Shown: positions 18,858 through 29,386, counted from the stretch's first letter. The stretch is DNA of 64,000 nt from an uncultured Bacilli bacterium (GCA_947632435.1 CANRPC010000003.1:5326-69325); one strand, 5' to 3'. Translations and numbers: made by a program. The notes: generated from the letters alone by a model not told the origin.

Positions 18858-19619
18858 ATGGATAATTGGTTTACTGTGGAAAAAATTGATGATGTAACTT
18901 TTGCTATCAGCGAATGTAAGCATTATGAAGAAGCTCATTCATATTTACTTCTTGGAAAAGAAAAAGCATTATTAATTGATACTGGATTAGGAATTTCTAA
19001 TATAAAAAATGTTGTTGATGAATTAACAAATTTACCAGTAATCGTCGCTACTACTCATGTACATTGGGATCATATCGGTGGACATAAGTATTTTGATAAT
19101 ATTGCAGTTCATTCATTAGAAAAAGATTGGTTAATGAATTTTCCTATTCCGTTAGAAATTGTGAAAAAGAATTTGATGAAATTACCATTTGATTGTCCTA
19201 AATCCTTTGATATCAATAGTTATGATATTTATAAAGATACTCCTACTCTAATTCTTAATGATGATGACATCATTGATATTGGGAATCGTAAACTAAGAGT
19301 AATTCATACACCTGGACATTCTCCTGGACATATATGCTTTTATGATATTGAAAGAAAATATTTATTTACGGGTGATTTAGTCTATGAAGGAAAACTGGAT
19401 ATGTATTATCCAACAACAAATCCAATCGACTTTAAAAATTCGATTAATAAAATAAGACAATTAAATATCAGTAAAATCTTACCTGGCCATCATAAATTAA
19501 ATATCAATAATAATTTAATAGATGAAATTTGGAAAGCATTCGAAGAATTAGAACAAAAAGATGAATTAAAACATGGAGCTGGTATTCATCAATATAAAAA
19601 ATTCAGCATACATATTTAA
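18858..19619 (+). CDS. MBL-fold metallo-hydrolase
   Basis: Has the HxHxDH motif THVHWDHIGGH, and later HTPGHSPGH. GAGG lies 6 nt before ATG 18858; the track ORF starts at 18828. Confidence 0.75.
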   Translation: MDNWFTVEKIDDVTFAISECKHYEEAHSYLLLGKEKALLIDTGLGISNIKNVVDELTNLPVIVATTHVHWDHIGGHKYFDNIAVHSLEKDWLMNFPIPLEIVKKNLMKLPFDCPKSFDINSYDIYKDTPTLILNDDDIIDIGNRKLRVIHTPGHSPGHICFYDIERKYLFTGDLVYEGKLDMYYPTTNPIDFKNSINKIRQLNISKILPGHHKLNINNNLIDEIWKAFEELEQKDELKHGAGIHQYKKFSIHI

Positions 19620-19759
19620 CAAAATATCGTGAAAGCACACCATTATTGTCTTTGTTATGTATGGTTTGATTTTTAAAATAAAAATAATTTTAAATTTTTG
19701 TCGCATTTTGATAAAAAACCAACTCTTATTAGGTGAAAATATTTTCAGAGGATAAATCT

Positions 19760-20305
19760 ATGAGAGGTAAAATAGAAAATTCCTTACTTAGTGCACTTAA
19801 AAAAGGCGATAAAGGGGAAGTAGAAAGAATTTTTGAGACTATCTATAACCATTATTACAAATTGGTTTATTTTTGCATTGCAAAATACATAAACGAAGAA
19901 GAAACAATTAAGGAATTAACAAATGATTCTTTCTTAAAGTTCTTTGAAAATATTTCAAATATTAATTCATCAATAAAATACTATTTGCTTACGATTGCAA
20001 AAAATGTTGCCAAGGCTTATTTGAAGCATAAAAATAATTTTATTTTAGTAAGCGATGAACTAATTTTAAATTATCCGGATTATTCTATTTGTAGTAATGA
20101 AGTATATACCAAACTTGTAGATGATTTAAAAGCCGTTTTATCAATTCAAGAAGTAGAAATCATCATTAAACATGTTGTTGATGGAATGACTTTTAAGGAA
20201 CTAGAAAATATTTATCATATAAAAGCAAAAACAATAAACAAAATATACGAAAGGGCGATAAAAAAGTTTAAAGCTTCAGAAAGGAGTGTTTATTATGAAA
20301 AGTGA
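19760..20305 (+). CDS. sigma-70 family (ECF-like) RNA polymerase sigma factor
   Basis: Region-2-like YNHYYKLVYFCIAKYINEEE..ELTNDSFLKFF and region-4-like HTH MTFKELENIYHIKAKTINKIYERAIKKF. AGAGGA precedes ATG 19760. Confidence 0.7.
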   Translation: MRGKIENSLLSALKKGDKGEVERIFETIYNHYYKLVYFCIAKYINEEETIKELTNDSFLKFFENISNINSSIKYYLLTIAKNVAKAYLKHKNNFILVSDELILNYPDYSICSNEVYTKLVDDLKAVLSIQEVEIIIKHVVDGMTFKELENIYHIKAKTINKIYERAIKKFKASERSVYYEK

Positions 20306-21320
20306 TTTTATGTTAAATGAAATTAATTCTAGAGTGAAGAACTTTGGAAATTTCAGTGAGATTTCCAAAAGAATAAATCTAGATAAATATGGAAATAGAA
20401 CAAATAAGAAGAGTTTTACGACTATTACCATTTTTGCGTTTGTAATTACATCAACAGTTTTAATTTCAAAACATTTTAATACAACAGATGTAAGCACCAG
20501 TATTAATGGAAGTCATAAATGGGAAATTATTTATGAAGAAAAAGAAAATCAATGTATGGAAATTCCAAAATGGAATGATAGAAGCATTATACAAAAATAT
20601 AGTTCCTTTACATACAATAAACTATCTTACGATATATGGTCGACAACGACATCAAAGCCTATTTTAGAAAAGTATATAGAAAAGGAGATTGATTCGATTT
20701 TAATCAGTGGCTACGATATTTATGAAGATAAAACGCATGTAATAAAGGCAAATGTTTATAAAATCAGAAAAGTGGACTCGGGTTGTGCGATTGGAATTCA
20801 ATTTGATGGCGATGATAAATTCTACGCCTATGTCAATTATCGTTATAAATTTTATTCACTTGAAGAAATAATTAATAAATTGAATTTAATAGAATATTGT
20901 AGTTTTCAAAATGCCCATTATGAATTTGAAGATAAAGATGGTACGCATTTAATACGATTTGATGATTTTGACGATGAATTAGTATGGAATGGATTATTAA
21001 ATCAAGCTAAAAATGAAAATTTATTTTTTAATAATACGACATTATCAATTGATTCTTTTATGCGTATTCGAATAAAAATTGAGGCTTTAGGTATTGAAGA
21101 TAATGCTGCATGGATTGGGTTAGATAATAAAGGATTTATGGAGGTTAAGATTTTATTAACTACTGGAAATGAATGTATTTTCGAATTAGATGTTGAGAAT
21201 ATTGATACTTTTTCAAAATATTTAATTAACAATATTAAAGGATATGAAATTATCTTCATTGAAAACAAAGATTCTTCTACTAACAATGAAGCCCATCAAA
21301 CATCAAGTGAAAGATTGTAA
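20295..21320 (+). CDS. single-pass membrane protein, putative anti-sigma factor
   Basis: Overlaps the sigma gene by 11 nt, with AAGGAG before ATG 20295. It has a short cytoplasmic N-terminus, the TM helix TTITIFAFVITSTVLI, and a ~270-aa external domain. The function is inferred from position only. Confidence 0.4.
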   Translation: MKSDFMLNEINSRVKNFGNFSEISKRINLDKYGNRTNKKSFTTITIFAFVITSTVLISKHFNTTDVSTSINGSHKWEIIYEEKENQCMEIPKWNDRSIIQKYSSFTYNKLSYDIWSTTTSKPILEKYIEKEIDSILISGYDIYEDKTHVIKANVYKIRKVDSGCAIGIQFDGDDKFYAYVNYRYKFYSLEEIINKLNLIEYCSFQNAHYEFEDKDGTHLIRFDDFDDELVWNGLLNQAKNENLFFNNTTLSIDSFMRIRIKIEALGIEDNAAWIGLDNKGFMEVKILLTTGNECIFELDVENIDTFSKYLINNIKGYEIIFIENKDSSTNNEAHQTSSERL

Positions 21321-21432
21321 AGATTATATGAAATTTTATAATTCTACTTTGGAAAGAGAGGTGAAAAATTAAAGTAGTTTCTATAAAATTTTAAATGTTA
21401 TATTGATTATAAGAATGGAAGGGGAGCCAAAA

Positions 21433-23205
21433 ATGAAATTATTTTTTATATCAATTATTTTTTCTTTATTAAGTTTACAAGCGAATTTTAATTATTCTCA
21501 ACCAAAATCTTTAAAAAGTGACGAAGAAAGAACAAATCAAAATCATTTGATTGACGGAGTAGAATTTCGTGATAGCAGTGAACTAATTACAACAAATTTT
21601 CAAAATCAAGAAACGATTGTAGAAAAAGAAGGAAGCAATTATAATATCGTTTCAAAAAATTTAAATACAGGAGTGCTTAATTTTATTGATTTTGATGAAA
21701 CCTCATATTACTATCGTCAGTATGCTTTTGATACTGCTGAAACTAAAAGTAATTTAAGAAAGTCAGAAAAAACAAATAATGTTCAAGAAAGCAATATTCA
21801 AATTATAAGTAATAATAAAGGGGAATCATTTTTATACACAGAAGGATATACTCCTAATTATGAAAGTTCAAATTATGCTGTTAAATCTGGAGCTAGGATA
21901 ATTGGCGATGAGGACAGGAAGCATGTTACTGACACAACAGAATGGCCTTATAGAGCTACTGGATATATTTTAACTCGTTATGATGTTTTAAACAATGAAA
22001 CCGGAAAAATTGATTCTCGATATTATACGGGGACTGCTTTCTTAGAAGGACCTGATTTAATAGTTACGGCTGGCCATTGTGCATATGGCGATGTTACTAC
22101 TTCATATAAAGATGCTAATGACGTAATTCATACAGAATATGAAGATCACTTAAATAATCCAAGATTCCCAGATCAGATTATTTTCTATCCAGCTCAAAAT
22201 GGAGCAAGTTTTAGACCATATGGTGGAATAAAAGTCGAAAGAGTATATTTAGAAAAGAATTACTATACTGATACTTTAAAAGATTGGGCGTGTTGCAAAT
22301 TAGAAAGTCCAATTGGAAATGAAATAGGATGGTATGGTAAAGTAGCGAATTTCTATCAAAAGGATTATCCATTTTATTCATTTGGATATCCAGGAAGTAA
22401 AGATGGAAAAATGTATACAGCCGATGCAAAATTTACAGATTTTGAAAATGATAATGGCTGGTATTATAGAACAAATTTAGATTCTGAAGGTGGACAAAGT
22501 GGTTCACCATATAGAGTTAATATAAATGGTGGCGAATTTATGTGTGGAATCCATACGTATAACGTAGGGAATAGTTATTCTGGTGGTACACGAATCGACG
22601 AATTTATGTTTGCATTTTTGAATAGTTTTGTAGCAAATCATAATGTTATCTACGAAGTCGCATCAATCAAACCAAGTGATTATGGATTTGCCGACGCGTA
22701 TCCTACAGATGATTCAACGAAGGACAATTTCAAAACACATACACTAAGCACTGGTTTTACATTTAGAACAAGAAGATATAGAACTGGTTATATTCAAAGT
22801 GAATACATCGTTATGTCATGTATAAAAACTAACATTACTGAAGCTTTTATTGAATATGAATTTGATGTTCCAGTTTATCGCATTGATGTTGATCTTGCTC
22901 ACTGGCGAGAATATTCTCATGAATGGCTAGATAAAGATAAAGGAATTGCTGAATTACAAGTATGGCATGAACGGTCTTGGTGGAATCCACTTGTTTCAAG
23001 TAGATGGGTTCAAAAATTTGATCTTTTATCTGATGAAACAGCTTTACCTAGAGACAGAACTCAACCAACAACTTATTCAATTGAATTTGATTCTCCTGTA
23101 ACTGGTTTTAGATTTTATTCTAAGATAAACAATCCAGATATTAGTGATAGCAACAGAGGAAGAATCTGTATAGGTAACATGAATATTTATACAAAGGCTG
23201 ATTAA
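21433..23205 (+). CDS. secreted trypsin-like (S1B / glutamyl-endopeptidase-like) serine protease with extra N- and C-terminal domains
   Basis: Signal peptide MKLFFISIIFSLLSLQA. The catalytic His sits in VTAGHC and the catalytic Ser in EGGQSGSP. A C-terminal domain of ~200 aa is unassigned. Confidence 0.75.
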   Translation: MKLFFISIIFSLLSLQANFNYSQPKSLKSDEERTNQNHLIDGVEFRDSSELITTNFQNQETIVEKEGSNYNIVSKNLNTGVLNFIDFDETSYYYRQYAFDTAETKSNLRKSEKTNNVQESNIQIISNNKGESFLYTEGYTPNYESSNYAVKSGARIIGDEDRKHVTDTTEWPYRATGYILTRYDVLNNETGKIDSRYYTGTAFLEGPDLIVTAGHCAYGDVTTSYKDANDVIHTEYEDHLNNPRFPDQIIFYPAQNGASFRPYGGIKVERVYLEKNYYTDTLKDWACCKLESPIGNEIGWYGKVANFYQKDYPFYSFGYPGSKDGKMYTADAKFTDFENDNGWYYRTNLDSEGGQSGSPYRVNINGGEFMCGIHTYNVGNSYSGGTRIDEFMFAFLNSFVANHNVIYEVASIKPSDYGFADAYPTDDSTKDNFKTHTLSTGFTFRTRRYRTGYIQSEYIVMSCIKTNITEAFIEYEFDVPVYRIDVDLAHWREYSHEWLDKDKGIAELQVWHERSWWNPLVSSRWVQKFDLLSDETALPRDRTQPTTYSIEFDSPVTGFRFYSKINNPDISDSNRGRICIGNMNIYTKAD

Positions 23206-23212
23206 TTATTAT

Positions 23213-23249
23213 AAAGACTCACTTGTTAAAAACATGTGAGTCTTTTCTA
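23213..23249 (+). terminator. rho-independent terminator (possibly bidirectional)
   Basis: Perfect 10-bp stem aaagactcac/gtgagtcttt (23213-23222 / 23236-23245) followed by TTTT. It lies between convergent genes. Confidence 0.65.
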
Positions 23250-23386
23250 CTTTTGATAATATTAGTTATTATTTATCCAACAATATTATAATTCATTACT
23301 TTGATTAAATGAGTATTGTTTTTTATAATTGATTGCGATTAAGAAATAATACTTATTAAAATCCAGGCAGATTATCTCAGATTTTT

Positions 23387-24127
23387 TTATATAAAAGTAA
23401 AATTATCTGAAAATACTAAATAATACGTTTTCCTTTGCCGATTATATTGAATCGAAGCATGTAAAGATGTTGTGTTTTCTAAAGCAATTCGGATTGTTTG
23501 AAGCATACGCGTAAAAGTACTTCGATTAATTTCATATTCATCACATATTTCTTCAGCGGTAAATGGCTGCTTATAAAGTAAACGCATAAAACAAGCCAAA
23601 TTTCTTTCTTCACTAGGAAAGAATTCACAGTCAAAAGTTTTAAGTGGCACTGCTTCTTCTTGAGGTTCTTTCATAAAGCAATCTTCTAAAGAATAAGTAA
23701 ATTCATCGACATCAAAATTTAAGCGATTCGCAATTTCTTGATTACTTAAAGAGATTGATCCTCTTCTTGTGCCATTTTCAAAATTGATGTATTGATCTTT
23801 TGTTAATCCTAAGGCTTTCGCGGCCTTTTCAATGGGAATTCTTTTTAACAAGCGATTCGCAGTAATAATGAGATTAAAGTGTCTCAAATCTGGATAATCT
23901 TCGATTAAAGTTTGAAGATATAATTGCTTTAACGTCATTTTAACTTGGATGATTTTAGATTCATCATATAAATCAAGATTACTTCCATCTAAATCAAAAT
24001 TAATGATTTTATAGTTTTTGGTGAAATATCCATAACAAATCGTATTTTCATTTGTGGTAAATATTGTCGCGGTTACTGCATTGCGAACAAGTACTGCTTT
24101 GGTAATGCCTAAGCATACTTTTTGCAT
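23387..24127 (-). CDS. HTH-containing putative regulator
   Basis: Central XRE-like HTH IEKAAKALGLTKDQYINFENG. The C-terminus FTAEEICDEYEINRSTFTRMLQTIR looks like a second HTH. Confidence 0.45.
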   Translation of the reverse strand: MQKVCLGITKAVLVRNAVTATIFTTNENTICYGYFTKNYKIINFDLDGSNLDLYDESKIIQVKMTLKQLYLQTLIEDYPDLRHFNLIITANRLLKRIPIEKAAKALGLTKDQYINFENGTRRGSISLSNQEIANRLNFDVDEFTYSLEDCFMKEPQEEAVPLKTFDCEFFPSEERNLACFMRLLYKQPFTAEEICDEYEINRSTFTRMLQTIRIALENTTSLHASIQYNRQRKTYYLVFSDNFTFI

Positions 24128-24143
24128 TGCTATTTTTCTCCTT

Positions 24144-25972
24144 TTATTTATGCAGTTCGGTTATTTCATTTAAAAATGATGAATGGGATAAGTATTTCAT
24201 TTTTCCATTCATAAAATGTCTTTCGGCAGATGTCAGAAATAATCTTTCTTTTGCTCTTGTTATGCCAACATAAAAGATTCTTCTTTCCTCTTCTTTTTGA
24301 CTAAGAAATTGTGAGGTTCTTGGAAGTATTCCTTCGTTAAGATCAACAAGAATTACCACTTTAAATTCAAGGCCTTTCGCTTGATGAATTGTCATAAGTT
24401 TTACCACATTCAAGCTTTCTTCTTTTTCATCTAAAAGATAAAAATTGTTGAGCCATTCCATCGTAGATTTTTCGATGTCTTGAAGTTGATAGGGAATATT
24501 AGCAATGTACTCTTTAAATTCCAGTAGATGATTTATTTTCTCATTAGCTTTTTTATCTTTGCTAACTTCATGAAAATAGTTCAATTTTTCTAAGATGAAG
24601 TCATAGAAATCAACTGGAATCTTCTCTTTTATTTGCGTTTGTAATTCTTCCATGAGCTGAAGAAAATCTTTTGCTTCTTCTTTATCTTGGAGCAAAGAAT
24701 AATAAGATTTCTGCGTACGGGCTTGTTCATTTTGAAGATTTTTCATAAACTTTTCTGAAAAGAGTTTTTTAGGGTAATTACTCATCATCAAAAAAGCAAT
24801 ATCATCATGAGGATTATGAATAAACTGATAGATATTTAGAATATTTTTTATTTCTCTATAACGGAAAAATGGATAAGAGCCATAAACTTTAAACGGAATA
24901 TGGTTTAATATAAGTTCCTTTTCAAAGGCGTGAGATGACGCATTGTTACGATAAAGAATTGCAATGTCTTCATATTGATAATGATGTTCCAGGCAAAGTT
25001 TAATTAAAGTAGCAGCAAAACGTGCCTCATCTTCAACGGTCTTATAAGGTCGATATTGTATGTGAAAGGCATTGAGAGAATTTGATGTAAACATCTTCTT
25101 ATCAATGCGATTGACGTTATTTTTGATTACTTCATTTGCACATTTTAAAAAATTGCTTCCGTCGAACGATAATTTTCTTCTAAAATGATAGTTTTCGCTT
25201 TAAAATGACGAACAAAGTAATTCATGTTTTCAAAATTCGATCCACGAAATGTATAGATACATTGGTCCTGATCACCGACCATGAAAACTTGTTTGGCGTA
25301 CTTTGAAAGTAGCAATAATATTTCAAATTGAATATTATTGACATCTTGGGCCTCGTCGACGAGGATATATTCAATGTCTTCTGCAACAATCTCTTGAAAA
25401 TCTTTCTTTTGCAAGAGGTCTAGCATGTAGTACTGTAAATCATCAAAATCCATACGGTTACACTTCTTTAATCTCTCTTGATACTTTTTAAAGACCAGTA
25501 AGATTTGTAATTGTTCTTTCAATGAATCAACAATGTAAGGTGTATGGTTTTTAATATCAGAAATACGTTTTTTTATATTTTTATCAAGAATTTGGATTTT
25601 TAATTCTTTAATTATGTCTTTTAAAATCCCTAATCTTTCATCTTCATCGATAATCGCAACCGGATCATCGAATCCAATGTGATTTGCAAAGGTATTGATA
25701 ATACTATAATAATACGAATGAAACGTGGAAATTGTCGAATCAATGAACGAACCGCGAATTTTTGCGATTCTTGTCGTCATCTCTTTAGCAGCTTTATTTG
25801 TAAAAGTAAAAGCATAAATGTTTTTCGCATTTACTTTTTGTTCTAAAAGATGACATAAATGTAAGGTTAAAACTCTGGTTTTCCCTGTTCCTGCGGACGC
25901 GACCACTAGAGTATGTTTTTTAGAAAGAACTGCTTCTTTCTGTCGTTCATTTAAAGAAGTAAGATCAAGCAT
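24144..25972 (-). pseudogene. UvrD/PcrA/Rep-type superfamily-1 helicase, frameshifted in a homopolymer
   Basis: The N-terminal ORF has VVASAGTGKTRVL, VDEAQDVN and ENYRSTEAIF. The C-terminal ORF has TIHQAKGLEFKVVIL and FYVGITRAKERLFL. The downstream frame is open back to ...FLKCANEVIKNNVNRIDKK, the expected continuation. The frames differ by 1 nt at the A6/T4 run 25143-25152. Confidence 0.8.
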
Positions 25973-26226
25973 TACTCTACCTCCAGATGTAAAAAGCGTA
26001 AGAAGTTTTTTATAATGAACGAATTCAGTTCTTCTATTTCTTGATGATTTTCGTATTCATCAATGAGATAGAAAATAAAATCTTTGATAACGATATTCTT
26101 GCTTAAGATAGTCTTTAATAAATCTTCTTGGTGAACTAGTCCACCATAGATGATTTGTGGAAGATTTGGTAAATAGTAATTAAATAACTTACTTTCCAGT
26201 TGGACTTGTAAAATTGTTTTATCCAT
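25972..26226 (-). CDS. small hypothetical protein (84 aa)
   Basis: ORF packed tightly between the Rep_trans and helicase genes. No motif recognised. Confidence 0.4.
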   Translation of the reverse strand: MDKTILQVQLESKLFNYYLPNLPQIIYGGLVHQEDLLKTILSKNIVIKDFIFYLIDEYENHQEIEELNSFIIKNFLRFLHLEVE

Positions 26227-26227
26227 T

Positions 26228-27361
26228 TTAAAAAGGGAGTTCCTCTCTAGCTAAGAATTCTTCTACTTCTTGAAAAATGAGATTTAATTCATTTTTCTTT
26301 AAATGCGGTTGTCCGGTTTCTTTCAGCAGTTTATTTAATTTCAGTAAGCGTTTCGGATCCATTTTAGAAAAGTAATCTTGAATATCGTTTAAAAGATTTA
26401 ATAAAAATTTTTTCATGTCATGAGCGTTATAGATGTAACGGAAAAGGAAATAAAAAGTGAGAATCGGTGTAACCCAGTTTAAGTATCTTTCGAGTGTCGT
26501 TTCATGCACTTTGTATTTAATAATTTGTGATTTTTTTACTTCATGAAGGAACTTTTTCCACCATGAAATTGTTTCTACTTTATATTGGTCTACTTCGGAA
26601 TAAGCATTATCTTCTTTAAAATCAATCATTTCATATAAAAGGCCATAGACATAATTTTGAAAATCGTCTTTATGATCTAATAAAGTAAAACAGACATTAT
26701 ATGCTTTTTCTTTGGTGAATCTCATTTCATAACGTAGCCAATAATCTTGTTCACATTCGTTATTTTTACTTAATTGTTCTTTTTTCTTATCGTAAATAAC
26801 AAGCATTTGTGTAGAAAGGTGACTGCCAAATTGAATCGACCAGCCCTCTTCATCACTGCCGATGAGTTTATAACTTTTCTTTTTAAATGAGGTAGTGTAT
26901 TTTCTGGAATCAAGAGCTTCTTTAATCATGTTTTGGGTTACAATGCTTCCGTCATAATCATCAATCGCAATATCAATTCTAGTGATGTTGGCATTGAGAC
27001 GAATCATTAAGAAAAACAATAAATCATAGAATGTTTTCTCTCCCTGATTTTCAAATTCTCGACATCCTTGACCTCTTAATTCTAAGTGACAAGAAGGCAT
27101 ACCTGTTTTTAATTCCGGGCCGAGTAATCTTAGCTTAATAGAATCGCCAATTTGATATTGGTAGCGGTATCTAGCAGTTGCATACTCATCTTCCGTTACT
27201 TCTTCTAAAGAAAAGCCCATAAATTGAGAAATAAGTAAAACCGTTTCTTCCACAACTTTCTTTTCTAAATCATCATCAAAGTTTTTAAATGGGAAAGTCG
27301 CGGACAAATAATCAATGATGATGTGAATTCCTTCTTTTTTCGTACTTTCTTCTATATTCAT
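26228..27361 (-). CDS. Rep_trans-family rolling-circle replication initiator / relaxase
   Basis: The N-terminus IHIIIDYLSATFPF (the IDYLS.T motif), CHLELRGQGCREFE and ITRIDIAIDD are blocks typical of Rep_trans (the pT181 Rep / Tn916 Orf20 family). Confidence 0.6.
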   Translation of the reverse strand: MNIEESTKKEGIHIIIDYLSATFPFKNFDDDLEKKVVEETVLLISQFMGFSLEEVTEDEYATARYRYQYQIGDSIKLRLLGPELKTGMPSCHLELRGQGCREFENQGEKTFYDLLFFLMIRLNANITRIDIAIDDYDGSIVTQNMIKEALDSRKYTTSFKKKSYKLIGSDEEGWSIQFGSHLSTQMLVIYDKKKEQLSKNNECEQDYWLRYEMRFTKEKAYNVCFTLLDHKDDFQNYVYGLLYEMIDFKEDNAYSEVDQYKVETISWWKKFLHEVKKSQIIKYKVHETTLERYLNWVTPILTFYFLFRYIYNAHDMKKFLLNLLNDIQDYFSKMDPKRLLKLNKLLKETGQPHLKKNELNLIFQEVEEFLAREELPF

Positions 27362-27416
27362 ATTTTTCTGATCCTTTCGTTTAAAAAGCGTACTTTTTCA
27401 CATCTTTAGTCTGTCT

Positions 27417-27445
27417 GACATGGGCTATTAGAGATAGCCCATGTC
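27417..27445. other. perfect 12-bp inverted repeat, candidate nick site (dso/oriT) hairpin
   Basis: gacatgggctat-tagag-atagcccatgtc lies in the 135-nt gap between the ATPase gene and the Rep_trans gene. No T-run follows it on the transcribed strand. Confidence 0.45.
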
Positions 27446-27496
27446 TATCGACATTTTCCTAAAGATTTGTTACAAAAATTGATCGCTTTTATGAAG

Positions 27497-29386
27497 TTAA
27501 ATGATTTCGGTTTCATCATCAGTAGAAATAAAGGGCGATGATCGGCCGTTTAATTTATCGTAAAAGCGAGAATGACATTGGTCTAATTCTTCTCCACTTG
27601 GAGTAAGTGAAGTAAAACATGGTAAATCTTTAAAGGCGTAATTCTTCTTTTCTTGATAAGCATGCGATAAGAATGTTGAATCATATAGTCGATGTCCATC
27701 TATTTCTAAATCGCAGAGATTCAAGTGAAGGGTCTTTTTATCACTCTGTTCACCATCTTTGATTCCGAGCGTTGAACTCATTTTGAAATACCAGTAATGA
27801 TCAAAGAATTTGCAGATTTTTTCTAATAAGTAATTCCATCTTCTTAATAAAGCAAAAAGGAAGGTGTAATCATTTCTTTTAAAGGTAGAAACACTTTGAC
27901 GAGTGGTATTCTTTCTAATGGGTTTACGCTTGGTTTCATATTTTTTGATGAAGCTTCTCAAAAGTTTTCTTAACCCTAAAAACGGTAAGTAATAAAGATA
28001 TAATAAAAATGGATATTTCTTCTTTCTTTTTTCAATGGTTAAAAAGTATTCCGCATTGCCTCTGATTCTTAAGGGAACTTGATCTTTTAGTTGATAGTCA
28101 CAAAAGATTTTGCAATGTCTTTTTAAATCGTGGGAGATTGTTGAAAAGAATGTAGCCGCACCATCCGTTCCAACGATTTTCATATCATCATGGGAATTGT
28201 ATTCTTTATCCAGTTCTGATAAGGAAATGACAATATATTCTTCAAGAGGATATTTATCTGTCTTAAGATTCTTTCGCATATAGTCAAAATTAAAGATTTT
28301 ACTATATGTCATGAAATATGGTGAATAAATCGCATAGTTGGAAATTAAATACGAGGCACGACTTCTTTCAATCTCATAAATAGTTTTATATTCTGGGTAC
28401 TTTGAATTTTGATTAAAACGAACTTCAGCAAAATTTACACTTGGATTTTTGATTTCTTCATCCAGCATGAATTCTTCAAGTTCTTCAATGTAGTTTTCTT
28501 CACTAACCAGAGCTAAAGACATGTTAAGAAGCGTTTTCCCTGTGCCAGGTGGTCCATTAATAAAGGTCGTTTGTGTTAAATCTTCTTTGGCAAATTTCTT
28601 TAAGCGTTCATGATTTTTTCTTAAACGATATTTGGCTTTAGAAAGTGCGCGGAAGAAGATAAAAATAATTAAGAATAAAATAATAATTTCTTTGGGTAAG
28701 ACTTTAATAAGTGGATATATGAGCGTGAAAATATAAGACAAAAGATGAAAAACCAAAAGATAAGTTTCTAAGTGAATTAGACGTATGATATAAACTTCTA
28801 AGAAAATTAGAAACTCAATTAAAGCGAGATACAGATATCCTTTTGCAAGTAAATAAATGAGGATGTGGAAGAGTAAGAATCGCTTCTTTTTCTTTAGGAA
28901 TCGACTTAATTTCGTAAGCCAAGAAAGAATCTTTTGTCTCAAATTTGTCTCAAATCTATGCCATTTCCAATATAATTTTGCACCTTTTGAGTATCGAACG
29001 AGTTCCACTTCTTTTGTAAATGTTTCATGGAAAATGATGAAAAGAATCATCAAAACGGTTAGAAAATAATTGCAAAAATAAATTGTAAAGTCCAAAACAA
29101 GGTTCAAAATTGTGTCAAAAATGTGCGATATTTTCTCAATAAATGAGGAATCTATCGCAAATATGTCCTCAAAAAGTCTCAAAAATGTGTTAGATATTTC
29201 TTGAAGATAAATCTCCGATTGTTCAAAACTAGATGTTTCAAAAAATGCTTGAACATTTTGAAAATCTATCATCGTTTTGGCTCTAATGGTTGCTAGAATA
29301 AAAACATCAGTGCTTTGAAGCACTGTCCAAACACACAAGGCGAAGAACAGTACTTCAAAGATGATGAGCCTTAGTCTTTTAGCCAC
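27497..29386 (-). CDS. polytopic membrane protein fused to a C-terminal P-loop NTPase (possible DNA-translocation / assembly ATPase)
   Basis: About 270 aa of hydrophobic helices, then Walker A FINGPPGTGKTLL and a possible Walker B IVISLSELD. It lies directly upstream of the hairpin and the Rep_trans gene. Confidence 0.55.
   Translation of the reverse strand: MAKRLRLIIFEVLFFALCVWTVLQSTDVFILATIRAKTMIDFQNVQAFFETSSFEQSEIYLQEISNTFLRLFEDIFAIDSSFIEKISHIFDTILNLVLDFTIYFCNYFLTVLMILFIIFHETFTKEVELVRYSKGAKLYWKWHRFETNLRQKILSWLTKLSRFLKKKKRFLLFHILIYLLAKGYLYLALIEFLIFLEVYIIRLIHLETYLLVFHLLSYIFTLIYPLIKVLPKEIIILFLIIFIFFRALSKAKYRLRKNHERLKKFAKEDLTQTTFINGPPGTGKTLLNMSLALVSEENYIEELEEFMLDEEIKNPSVNFAEVRFNQNSKYPEYKTIYEIERSRASYLISNYAIYSPYFMTYSKIFNFDYMRKNLKTDKYPLEEYIVISLSELDKEYNSHDDMKIVGTDGAATFFSTISHDLKRHCKIFCDYQLKDQVPLRIRGNAEYFLTIEKRKKKYPFLLYLYYLPFLGLRKLLRSFIKKYETKRKPIRKNTTRQSVSTFKRNDYTFLFALLRRWNYLLEKICKFFDHYWYFKMSSTLGIKDGEQSDKKTLHLNLCDLEIDGHRLYDSTFLSHAYQEKKNYAFKDLPCFTSLTPSGEELDQCHSRFYDKLNGRSSPFISTDDETEII

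Noticed and set aside
28857-29069. 70-aa plus-strand ORF opposite the membrane ATPase gene. The same applies to 33664-33846, 39170-39418, 50690-50884, 58116-58400, 61613-61837 and 62243-62431.
   Set aside because: Same reasoning: they are embedded in or overlap well-supported genes on the other strand or frame.
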